Shown here: piece after piece, positions 47,501-59,040 of the stretch
Position numbering within the stretch: position 1 is the first letter of the stretch
How the letters are laid out: every line of letters begins with the position of its first letter
NCBI RefSeq assembly: GCF_964204645.1
Contig: NC_134027.1
Coordinates: 10,138,485 to 10,202,484, forward strand
Direction: 5' to 3'
DNA from: Tubulanus polymorphus
Taxonomy: Eukaryota > Animalia > Nemertea
DNA: 64,000 bases
The notes under the pieces: generated by a model
The model's input: only the letters and a program-made list of their open reading frames with translations
Databases searched by the model: none
Told to the model about the DNA's origin: nothing
Position numbers and translations under genes: made by a program

Positions 47501-50500
47501 AACTTACAGGTATAATCATCAGGTTCAAAATTTGTTTTCCAAATTGCTGGGATGTACCATCCTATATCGTACTGCTTATTTTCAACCGTGGAACTTCTGT
47601 GCAACTTACTTTTGATCACAAGTGCGTTCGTTTTCCGCGCAGGTTTCAAAGGCTTCACCTTTGCCGGTGACTGAATAGCCGACTGTTTCACCAATTTAGT
47701 ACTATTCGACTTGTACAAATATCCATTGATCATAACGTACTTTTTCATGTGACTCTGTTGGTTGTTCAGGGTATTTTTTTCCTTCCTATTCGATGCAGTT
47801 CGCCTTTTGAATCAATCAAAAAGAAGAGTTCATTCAGTCGTTTTTTTAATTCATCAGCGTATGATGGGCGATCATCCGACTAATCAATTGATTGTACATG
47901 TATGTACATACCCGAGAATAGAAGAATAGATAGCTAGCTCTATGTCTTCCATTGGTCTCGATGGAATTAATAAAATCAGATATCAAATTGATCCTCATCG
48001 TGATATATCATTCAGAGATGCTAGGGCCAAAGTACCAAAATTCCGGAATTTAGAACGGGGGTCTTTTTGTGTTTTTGCATCGCCGGAAATGCGTTCTAGA
48101 GCGATCTGGGTATCTGAAAATACGACGGCAGACATTCGTTGTGCTTCACATCCCTCGCTGCTTATGCCGCGCGCTATCCGGGTGACGAAGAATATCTTTT
48201 TTCCCGCAACTACCGTATTTGACCTGGTCTTTACAAACGACGCAGTACGCCACACCAGCTAAGTCTAACTTACGAATGTAGTTCGATAAGTAGTCCCCAT
48301 TACTGTCCTTACACTCTAGCCAGTGCCAGTTAAATTCATTTTTTATACCGCTGTCAATTGCCCTTATATCGGCCGACTTCCGACTGACAATCTTTCCGTG
48401 CGTGCTCATTTTGCAGACCGTCCCGCTTGACAGCTGCAGGCAAAAAGAAAGTTACAAAGCTGCGTGCCTCAGGACATAGCACGCACATGGTAATAATTAA
48501 GATGATATTTATTAGATATCATCTTAATTAGGCCTATTACCACGTGCATCTTCACATTGTTGGCCGTCAGCAGGACGATGTACAACGGCGCGTAAAGATA
48601 ATTGACTTTTAATTGGAAATGGCGTCACAACAGTGGCGCTCCGCCTACGCACGCACAGATACCACAAGCACACATATATACATTGTAGCAGAATGTCCTC
48701 AGAAACAGAGACCAAGGTAAAATAACACAGAAGCGACGACGAGTACAAGCAAACGAACGCTTTTACGGTGCGTGCCATTACTGGACGCCGCGAGGAATTC
48801 TCACCCAATTTCCGGAATTGACATCGGCGATCCTAAATTTCCGGAATTCCGGATATTTCCGGAAAACTAGCATCTCTGATCATTCGGGGAGGCCAAAATT
48901 TAGGTTCGGCGCAAATACAATTTGAACACTGCTTAATCATATTTCTTCTGAGGGAAGGTAACAAAAATGTTCTTATAGGACTTTCAAGTACTTACTGGAA
49001 TTTTCTAGCCTCCAGGTCGGATTTTCCAGCCAGATTGAGTTTGCGCAGTATGAACCGACTCGCTACATATCCACGGACCGACCTTGACGCCGATTTCGAT
49101 CCAAGCGAGTGAAGCAACTCCCTAGAGCCTAAACTTGATACTAAACAGTGACGTAAAGAATTGAAAATATTAAGAATATTACTGACATGAAGTTGAGAGT
49201 ACAAACGAACCCCTTTTTTCTCTTGATTGATAATTTATACTATCAATTTTCACAGACCACAGGTATTTAAAGGGTAACTGTGCACAGTAAAATATCTTAT
49301 ATATCTAATAATAAGTTTGAAACCTATAAAAAGACATTTTCGCTACAGCAGAAAAGCATTTTATGTAATATTTTTTCTAAAAATAAGGGTTTGGTTGAGT
49401 CCATGGGGGCCCGCTGCCATTTTCTCCACCTAGAAGCGGATAGATATAACTATGATCACACTGACAGCCCAGCAGGAGTATTTCAATCACGATTTTCAAC
49501 TGAGATCTTCAATGAGTGTATCTTTATGTGTTGTACACACTCGTGTGTGTGATGGGCCAGGACTACGTCATCAATGTTTACATGCCTCACTTTGGAGTTT
49601 GAATGGTAGCTCTCATCTGCTGTAAATTAAACTGGTTGTTTATGAGTAAATCAGTGAGAATTTGAAAATTCAACTAGCATTATGCTAAACAGCAACAAGA
49701 GTAGAAATGAATGGCATATTGTAGTTTTGCCAGTGCAGTTCCCCTTTAAGACCTTTATTTATTTCTTACTTCATAAGTCGATGATTTCATCGCCGATCGA
49801 AAGCTAAAACCACCGCGACTGCTTTTACTCACCTGGTTTTCTTTGAATCGAGTATTTCGTTTTGATCAACAACATAGCCACGGACGCTCGCCGGCGCTTC
49901 GCACTTTCCGGCTGACGACGTACGAGTTTGTAGCGAGACACTTTATCGGCCGCTTTTTTCTTCGTCGTTATTCTATCTTTCGGCTTTTGATCGGCGTTGA
50001 CGTACTTCATCGAGTACTTCGACTTGACTATTTTCACGCGCGGCGATACTGCTCGAGTTTTGACGCAGCGTTCGTTCCGAAGTCTGATATTTTTCGCCCG
50101 CCCATCCGCCGAAGCGTCAGTCTTATGTTTCGTCAGAGATATCGCCCGCGCATTTGTTTTCCTATCGCCGAACGAGGAAATTCCCGATGATGATAAACGT
50201 GGCTGTGTAGAGTTTTTTTGAGATGACCAAATGGCATGACTAGAAGCGTAGTTTGTCGACGCTGACGCGGCTTGACGGTTAGACAATGACGTCGAGGTGT
50301 GCGTGTCATTTTTTCTGCTGACAGACACCTGTCGGGAAGATCCCCTCGCGATCGGAGTGGGTACGTAATTGTACTTTTCAATTTTGGACGCGGCATGGTT
50401 TTTCGCGATAACTGATTGACTCGGACGGCACAAATCTAACGGAGTTGGAGTATAATCTTGTTTAGTAGAAGTTGAATATTGCGAAGCCAAGCCAAGCGTT

Positions 50501-53500
50501 TCTAAGCCCGCTACCTTCTTTGAAGCAGTGTTACTGTAAGCCTGCGAAGAAGCCGCATTCATACAAACTGCCCCTAAAGAACTTTGTGAATGAGTCAATT
50601 CCGCTGCACTGGGAGAATTGTTCTCCCGAACATAGTCAAGCTTTCTACAATCTTGTCTCTGTAATTTGTTCCTTTTCTTGATTACAACTAATCTGTCGCA
50701 AGGATTATTTCTGGGCGCCGTTTTTGAATAGGACGAGACTAGACTGTGATCGGAGGGGATTGCACATGACGAAGTAGGAGGATTGAGTTTCTGATGATTG
50801 CTTGATTTGATGACCGGTCTGGTTAAGAGAAGATCGGCACTTTGTGGTTTTCGTATGAACCTTCTCGATGGACTTTTTCCGTTTGTTCCAGTGGATGTTG
50901 AGGAAGCGAAACAAGAAATCCTTTTCTTTTTAGATGGCTTCGTCGTTTTATGTTCATGACCACTTTGATGGGAGGCAGCCGGTTTGCGTTTGACATTCCC
51001 TTCACTATTTTTAGCATTCTTTATTAAATCTGAAAAGAAAGATTGAAAGTCATAGTAGCGTCAGGCCCGTACACAGCCTCTATTTTGGTTGGCCATGGAT
51101 TTAGATAACACAGCCACAGGAACTTATTTAACAGCGTAGCCAACCAGCGAGCAACGTGTCCACTATCAGCCCATTGCTGAATTTGAGCTGAAAAAGAGCT
51201 GAATTATGAGCGGAAAATGGACTGAAAATGAGCTGGAAATAAGCAGAAAATTGTGTGGCTGAAAACCAGCTGAAAAAAGGCGGAATTTATATATGAAAAT
51301 CAGCAGAATTTATTGAAATATTTTCTGGCTGAAATTGAGCTGAAAAAGAGCTTAATTTGGTACTCCACAGTGTTCTATTTCAGCTGATATTCAGCTCAAT
51401 TTCAGCCTGAAATTCCTAATGCTTTAGAGTTGCATTATCATTAACAAAAAAAACTTCATTGTTTAAAGTTATGTTTGATTAATCCTACTTCAAAGTTCAT
51501 GGAAGAAAGGAGTCCAAGATTAATTAGGTATAGTGATACTCCAATATACTTTGTTGATTGCTGCAGGGGAGATCCAGGCTGGGAGAAAGGGGGATTGATT
51601 CAGCTCATATGACAAGGGCACCTCATTACTCGTGGAGGGAGCTATTAAATATAGTCCCAATTGACAAGTTATTCGGCCATTTGCTCGGCCAAGCATTGTA
51701 TCAGAAAGCCGAGTGATTGATTAATTCGACAATCCACTCGGCCAAGCTAGTAAAAGTTAATAAGAAGAGCTCTTATCAGTTCTATGAGGGCTTATGTTAC
51801 GATTATGTTGATCCTGAAGTTATGCAGTCTGCTGTTACTAGTACAAGATTACAAATGTTGATTTTGAGAAGAAAGTTCTTCCTGTTAAGGTGAGAACCTT
51901 TTAAAGAAATTGCATTTTACCTTTTTATTCAACTGTCCTGGAAGATCATATTCATCAAATGTTACATTAATAGGAACTAGCTGTGATTGTGATATTTATT
52001 GCTGCACTTTTGTAGTGTAAATATTTTTCAGAGAAAATTTATTCTAATTCATGTTTGTCCAATATTGATTTTCATGTCAAAGTTGGCTCCGCAACCAAAG
52101 TGGCAATAAAAGATGCTAAACTGAGTTTCTACAATGATTGTCAAACTCTTCTATTGAGACTTTCTATGAAGATGAGTTAGTCAAAATCGCATCGAAAAAG
52201 AGACGCCTCGAAACGGACATTATTTCATTGAATTCAACTTCAGGAACACTCGCAGACCCTGCTGGGGAGAAAAGAGCGCTTTCCCTTCTTACACAATCGA
52301 ATACATTACAAAGACGTGCAAAAGACAAAGCCAGTGAACTGTCTGTTGTGGAAGAAGAAATGAAAACTCTAAACGCAATTTCACAGATTTGAGCATAGAC
52401 ATTCTAATCGTGAGGAATATCATTGTTACTTTTGTGAATATGAACACAGTGCAGAATAAATATGGGTTTTTGTTAATACATATGGTTATATGCTTTTGAT
52501 TTTTGTTTTTAGTTAGAGTAGAAACACCGTGTTGATAATTTATTATAATTGGACCCTAAAATTTAGGTTATCATCTAAAAAACCCTAAAAAAGCCCTAAA
52601 ATTCTGGTAAGACCAATCTGTAGGAACCATGAGACTATCATATACCTGGTGGAGGGCTCCCAATTCCTTTGCAAGAGGTTTCGGAGTCCTCCTGCTGAAA
52701 ATTTTGAGAATTAAGGTACAATTTTAGTGCATATTACAGCTTTAAAAAGTACTGTGGACTTTTGTCATAGATCAATGTCAGGTGGAATTTTTCACGTGCG
52801 ATTTTCAAAAGGGCACTTGATCAGAAAAGGGGGAAAAATAGAGACCCCCCGAATCCCTTCTGGATCTGTACCTGTGCTGTTGCTATTGTTTAAAAAATCA
52901 GAAAACTAAGGCAGGAAGACCACGCAAAAATTACGTCATAATAGGGATGCCGTGTCACCACAGACACCGTGGTACGAAATCGAGCCAATAGATGGCTTAT
53001 GATGACAAGCAACGCGACGCCTACCGACACAACTGGGTTTATCGCCTACAAGAAGCCGCTAGTTGCTGCTCTATCGGTTCAACATAGACTGTAAGTTGGG
53101 CTGCGATCGCGGTTGCTCCGTAGGCGTCGTTGCTTGTCGACATAAGCCAGCTTTTAAGGAAGCGGCATTCCAGAATAGTTCAGCCTCGATTTGAAAACGC
53201 TAATTAGTCCAAATCGAGGCTGAAAGAATTGTTGTTAATTTTCCGCTCAAAATCAGCTAAGGGAACTCAGCAGAAAATGAGCGGAAAATAAGCGGAAAGG
53301 GGGACACGTTCCGCTCAAATTCAGCTCATTTTCAGTATACTACAAATGTTAAATTCCGCTCATTTTCAGTGAATTTCCACTCAAATTCAGCTATTTTTCA
53401 GCATTGAATTTTCCGCTCATTTTCCGCACTCTCAATGGACTGATAGTGGTCGCACGAAGCCCGTTGCCAAGCCCTTGCATTTCAGTCACAGACTTTCCGC

Positions 53501-53765
53501 AATTCCTTTTTTTATTCACTTAGCCCCTCATCAGATTCTTGTTCCCAGTTACAAGTAGTTACCACTGGTTACACCAACACCACTCACACATCACAGAAGT
53601 AGCAAAACCAATTCGACTTGTGTGATTAATTGCCGCATTGGATGATAACGACTGGCCAAAAACTAACCAACCAGTCCAGATCCACCACGACCACCACGGT
53701 GATCATTCTTAAATCTTACCCGCAAGATATTTGATCTCCTTGTATAACTCAGCGTTTTCGTCCAT
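44505..53765 (-). CDS. ZC3H3: Zinc finger CCCH domain-containing protein 3, about 864 aa
   Basis: Exons 53765-53720, 51029-49833, 49140-48996, 47803-47610, 47304-47152, 46788-46647, 46329-46174, 45885-45690, 45621-45470, 45100-44949, 44566-44505 (2595 nt, in frame). Five CCCH fingers (YCLFYNRFGKCNRGDKCPFKHDPTKVAICTRFLRG, KMPVCSYFLRGVC) and C-terminal PLRIRP. Confidence 0.9.
44681..44926. mobile_element. MITE, CAGGGGCGGATCTAG family
   Basis: Perfect 16-bp TIR CAGGGGCGGATCTAGG with 5-bp TSD AAATA. Confidence 0.8.
48013..48878 (-). mobile_element. Internally deleted hAT-type DNA transposon with BED-finger-like transposase N-terminus
   Basis: 12-bp TIR CAGAGATGCTAG and 6-bp TSD ATCATT. ORF 48409-48146 encodes FNWHWL...AYCVVCKDQVKYGSCGKKDILRH...H. 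Confidence 0.8.
49271..49745. mobile_element. Kolobok-like MITE
   Basis: TTAA|AGGGTAACTG...CAGTTCCCCT|TTAA. Confidence 0.6.
51161..53448. mobile_element. Non-autonomous CACTA/EnSpm-type element with nested insertions
   Basis: CACTATCAGCCCATTG...CAATGGACTGATAGTG (15/16 match), 3-bp TSD GTC, and many subterminal GAGCTGAAA/GCGGAAAA repeats at both ends. Confidence 0.8.
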
Positions 53766-54194
53766 TGTTCAGTGGTACCGCAACGAATGCTGTCTTTTTT
53801 ATTTGAAAGATGACGTGTGTATTATATATTATATTTGTAAGGGTTGCCTGTAGGTGGCACTGACCAGTTTTTAGATTGGTTGCCATTCGAATTGCGCACC
53901 AGCAACAACCTGTTTATCATCCTATGTCTTTTGATTTCTGACCATTTTCTGCATTCACTATTTTGTATTTTCTATTTGTTACATAGAAACTGCTTTGTTA
54001 TAAATCCCATCCAAGTATGCAAGATCAATATAATGAATTGAATTAACCCTTGATTTGAGCCTCCACGTCTTCGGTTATTAAGCGACGAAGTTGTTTTTAT
54101 ACCTTTTCGAACAAACTAGGGCCCTAATTTTACTTCAACGACTTCTTTACATTTCTTTTGATCGGGCGTAAAGCGTGACAAACTGCGGTAAAAC

Positions 54195-55907
54195 ATGTCT
54201 GGAATTCCGCCGTCGAACTGGCAGCCTCCCAATGTCACAGTAGACACGTCGTAAGTGATTCCTTCTATTCTATTCTAATTTCGAAATGGATATGTTGCCG
54301 TGGTCCGTATACCGGCAAAGTATTTACTTCCGCTATTTTACCGTACATTATTACTATATATGTAGTATTAATTAATAAAAAGTAACCATAAAATTATTAT
54401 ATTGGGTTTAGGGTTTCGATAGGGTTAGTGTCGAGAGGGTGAGAAGAGGGTCCAGGGACCAGAGGGTTCCGTTTTACCCCCTAGGAGATAGGATTAGGGA
54501 TAGGATTAGAGTAAGGTGAGGTACTATAGATAGTTAAAACATTCGGTTGGTTTTCAGCAAGCTCGGTGGTCTAGTGGTATGGCGCTGCGCTTGGAACTGT
54601 AGGCCCAGCGCAATATATAATGATTGGACGCTCAATAATACGTGTTGTATAACTGTTATACCTTCAGTTTTTGTTTGTTTGTATGATTTCAGTATGGGAT
54701 CGTTTATCGTCGAACTGTATTGGAATCACGCTCCGAATACGTGTCGAAACTTTGCTGAATTAGCGAGGCGTGGATACTACAATGGCATCAAATTTCATCG
54801 AATCATTTCTAATTTCATGATTCAAGGTGGAGACCCAACTGGAACAGGTAGGTTCCGTCAACTTGTGTTGTGTAGATAATCGAATTCACTGCTTGGACAT
54901 TGAAAAAGTGAAAGTAATACTCGCTTAAACTGTGGACTCGATGATTTCTTATTTATAGGATGTGGAGGCGCCTCTATCTATGGTAAAACGTTTAAGGACG
55001 AAATTCACCCCGATTTAAAACACACAGGTATAAACACATCCTCCCCCGGCAGGGATTCGAACCTGATGGCATCGAGATTGCCACGGCACGAAACCCTGCC
55101 ATAATCGACCGAGTGCGCAGATACATGCGCAGTTCAGACGATGTGATTTTTAGCCAATCAGAAATCCCGTTTTATTTTAGCCCGGGTTTTCCCATTTATA
55201 GTTCTTCCTTGAAATTTGCCTCAACGATTATACAATGAGCAATCTGATTGGTGCCGCCAGTTTTCGTTCGGAAAGCCGCGCATGTACCTGCGCACCCAGT
55301 CTACTGATGCAGGGGTTCGTGCCGTGGCTGAGTGTAGCGAGTAGCGATGCCATCAGGTTCGAGTCCCTGCAGAGGGAGGATGGTATAAACAATACGTTAA
55401 AGAATGTTGGAACTCTGTGAAAATGAAGATTAGAATAACCTTGTTGTTTTCAAACTTCGGAAATATTTCATATGCATTTAGACAGTTGGATCCGGTCAAC
55501 TCGGATAAACCGTTCAATTTGGATGTTAATTGAAATATTTCTGTGATACTATTTATGAAATACATAATATCCAATTCAGACACATTCCTACGGCCCCAAG
55601 AAATCATCCGACTTGAGGCCTGTTTGTAAATGAATCTTTCAGGGTGTATCTATAAAAAAAGTTACTGTATGTTACTATTTTAGGAGCTGGAATTCTCTCG
55701 ATGGCAAACAGTGGGCCGGATACGAATGGCAGTCAGTTCTTCATTACTTTAGCTCCGACGCAGTGGCTGGACAAGAAACACGCAATTTTTGGACGTATCT
55801 CCGCTGGAATGAAAGTGATAAATCGAATCGGTTTGGCGGACACCGACGGGAACGATCACCCGCGCGACGAGATCAAAATCGTCAAAGCGTATATCACACC
55901 GAATTGA
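54195..55907 (+). CDS. PPIL1: Peptidyl-prolyl cis-trans isomerase-like 1 (spliceosomal cyclophilin), 167 aa
   Basis: Exons 54195-54250, 54693-54847, 54959-55027, 55684-55907 (504 nt). [75 protein letters not shown]. Confidence 0.97.
54560..54600 (+). pseudogene. tRNA-derived 5' fragment (SINE head)
   Basis: GCTCGGTGGTCTAGTGGTATG A-box/D-arm; no T-arm follows. Confidence 0.35.
55037..55382. mobile_element. MULE-like fold-back element with tRNA-like terminal repeats
   Basis: Imperfect TIRs of about 120-140 bp, 9-bp TSD GTATAAACA (55028-55036 and 55383-55391), and B-box GGTTCGA(A/G)TCC in each arm. Confidence 0.75.
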
Positions 55908-58881
55908 TCAGAAGCCATCAATGGGCAGAAAAAAACTATCAAGCATTTATTTTCATGAAGGTTTTTTCGACATATAATAAATAACATGAGTCTGACGATT
56001 AATGATGATGTCTTGATTCTACGTGATGTACTAGTGTCCGATCCTCAGTCATTTCACTTGTTTTTATATCTATTTTTAGAAATAAAATAAAAATATTAAG
56101 TCAGCATAATCGAGTCTTTATCTTGTTGATCATCTGCTTTTTCATTACGATTGCGATTGGAGATCACGAAAATATATGAAATTTTACATTGAAATTTGAG
56201 AAGGGAATAAATGTACTTAGGTAAGGAGCCAAGTTAACATATCAGACAGGTAGACTCGTCAGTAATGTCCATGTTCACAGATGTAGATTGTTTCTTTGAG
56301 AAATACATGTATCGATAATTGTTAATAGCACATGGAATTTGGATTACCTAGTGATTGTTCTCATCGCCAGGGTAAGTTTCTATTTGACTACGGCGTCACA
56401 CTCGAGTGCAGAGTTGTACCCGACAACATTTTCTAATTACGACAAGTGGTTTCTGTATTTGATCACAAAGGGCCAGGGATCAGATATCCGACCGAGCATT
56501 TAACCAAGCGGCATGGTGTCCCAAAATTTCATCCATATGTAAGAAAATATTCGTCAACGGCAACTTCAGAGACAATACATGAAGATTGAACAAATAAATA
56601 TTTAACCAATCAACAGTATTTTATTCGCTTGATTTGGAAATCTACTTTAACAGAACAGACTATTTTGCCATACATTTTCTTCATAACATTTCTTATACGG
56701 GTAAAGAGCAACCAGACTAAGCATGCATCCAGCAGTATCCCAGTTTATATCTGACAGTGGCCCACAGACCATTTTTTCCCTACCCCACCTGAGCTCAACA
56801 CCAACTCACAAATTAGACATGTAAACAAGAAATACCTTTGTTAGTAATGATATTTCTTATTCGCACGTTTTCCTCAAATCTCGGCATGACCAAATGCACG
56901 TGTCAATTTGGTATCAAGTTTATCTTGAGCTTTTTTCTAAAGCATCAGCTTGCTCTCTACCCCTTGAAGGCTTTCAACACTGTACAATATGTAGAAATAC
57001 TCAGATTCATCAACCGAATAACAAAACCCATTTCAGATCAACTCTTGATCTTATCGATCTCGGAACTAAAATTAAATGCATTTTTCCATTGGAATGGCTA
57101 ACATGATATAAAATACATACGATCTATTTAACTTTAAAACTTCAGTAATCATCTACCTTGTACAAGGTAAGGCGCAATTATTTTGTGTTCAAAATGGCCT
57201 CAAAGTTTCTTCAAATTTTAGTTCAACCGAAACTCATTGTTACCACAGGAGTGTGCAAGGTTTAACAACAGGAATCTGCTTCCCAAAAATGGCAAATTTA
57301 CTGAGCATTGTCCACCCTAAAAAATACTCTCAAAGATCCTGATTAGAGTGACCTGGAAGCAGGCTCTAATCTACCAGGTCACGGAGAAAAAAAAAACATT
57401 AATTATAAGTGTTGTCTCAAACAATAAATCTTATCTGTATTCACTTACGGTAAGTAGATATGGAATAATACATCAGCATTAAATATCATATACGCTTCAG
57501 TGAGAGTTGGTTTTGAAAACCCATATGGACTAGGTAGAATCAAAAATGCATAAAGATGTATTTTTGGTAGAATGTATACTAATAGTTGTGTTTCCATAAA
57601 GTTATTGCACACAAAATCAAACTCTTAAATTTTCGAATTCTTAATACCTGGAGATAGCAGTTTGTGAACAGAAAGACAATTAATCTATGCGAACTGAGTA
57701 ATGTACCAACTATGTCCAATGAAAATATCACTGAAAGTTTACTTTGATAGAATGGCTGATAGTTCGCCGAGCGGTGAAATTGAGATTTTAAGAGATGCAA
57801 TTTATCAACATTATTTCTAATTAGCAATATATAATATATATATCCCACCCCAAAAAATTATTCACAACATCGGGTTCACCTTATTTCAAAAATATTATCA
57901 AAAAGCATTCCTTCACAAGAAACTAGCAAACTATAACCTTTTCTTCTAATGCACGCCTCCCAAAATAATCTGGCTCATACAAAAACATTTTTCAGCGTCA
58001 TCCCTAACAATCCTAAACAAACAGCCAATGAGATCAGCTCACTCCCATAAATCTTTTATCTTGCAAAGAAAGACAAAAGGCTTAAAAATTCCATACTAGC
58101 TCTTAGAGATTATAAACTGGTCGCCTTTTCAATTTCGAATTAATCTAAAACTATTTCGAAATTAAAGGCACCGCATCGAACCCAATAACGGCCTACTCGA
58201 CCTAAAGAATTGGCATTCGAACCAAATCGATAATCCATTAAACCAGACGAACACGTCTGGTACTACACATCCAAAACCTTCTCATACTTCCAAATCAAGG
58301 ATCAAACAACAGTAGTTTTATTACATTATCATTGATATGCTGGATTCGCAGCATGTACGGAAGTACAACTTGGACTCGTTGAAGCTACAACTGAAACTAA
58401 CTTTCGAATACAGCCAACTACTTCTAACGCTTTTTATCGATCAAGTCCCTCTATGGGCTGCTTATCTCGATCAAAGCGACGAATTGGTCATCATTATCGG
58501 ATCTTTACCGAGTATATTTGACTCGCGGAGGAATTACACTTACAAGTTTCCCCGTTTACTACAGTAGGGCAGTGCACGGTATTATTTTAAACCCCAGTAA
58601 AGATTAAATAGAGTACACCAAACCCATTTAAAGCAAACTATTTCATACATGCTCGATATCGAAAAATTGCTGTCTGGATTTTACTGTTGGTTTTAGTTAC
58701 AGTAGGCACAACGCTTATTCTACATTTTGCAGTCAAAATCGCGCAAGTCATCACGTATAATCACCTAGGTCATATAAACTTTAAAATCCTGTTAATCCAT
58801 ATCCAAAAAACTTGTCTTTTAAGTTGTAGTTTTTGTCGTACTAGTCACACTTAAAATTTGATGTCGCGAGGTAACAATTAA

Positions 58882-59040
58882 GTGTAGTGGGGATCGCACC
58901 CGGGTCTCGTACATAGACAGCAAGCGTGCTAACCAGTATACCAATAGAACTAGTCCAGTGGTTATACAGCTTGCATACTATATTTACTACGTACTATACT
59001 TCAACGTACTATATAACCGGGTTCGATCCCCGATGAGTGC
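58882..59040. pseudogene. Two back-to-back degenerate tRNA-like sequences
   Basis: Minus arm TGGTATACTGGTTAGCACGCTTGCTGTC...CCGGGTGCGATCCCC (Asp-like); plus arm TAGTCCAGTGGTTA...CCGGGTTCGATCCCCG. Confidence 0.4.

Noticed and set aside
54403-54521. Telomere-like GGGTTTAGGG/TAGGATTAGGG stretch
   Set aside because: Too short and degenerate to call an interstitial telomeric array.
3764-55907. Apparent RNA-processing cluster (U1, U12 introns, ZC3H3, PPIL1)
   Set aside because: No shared regulatory signal seen; such neighbours are expected by chance in gene-dense housekeeping regions.
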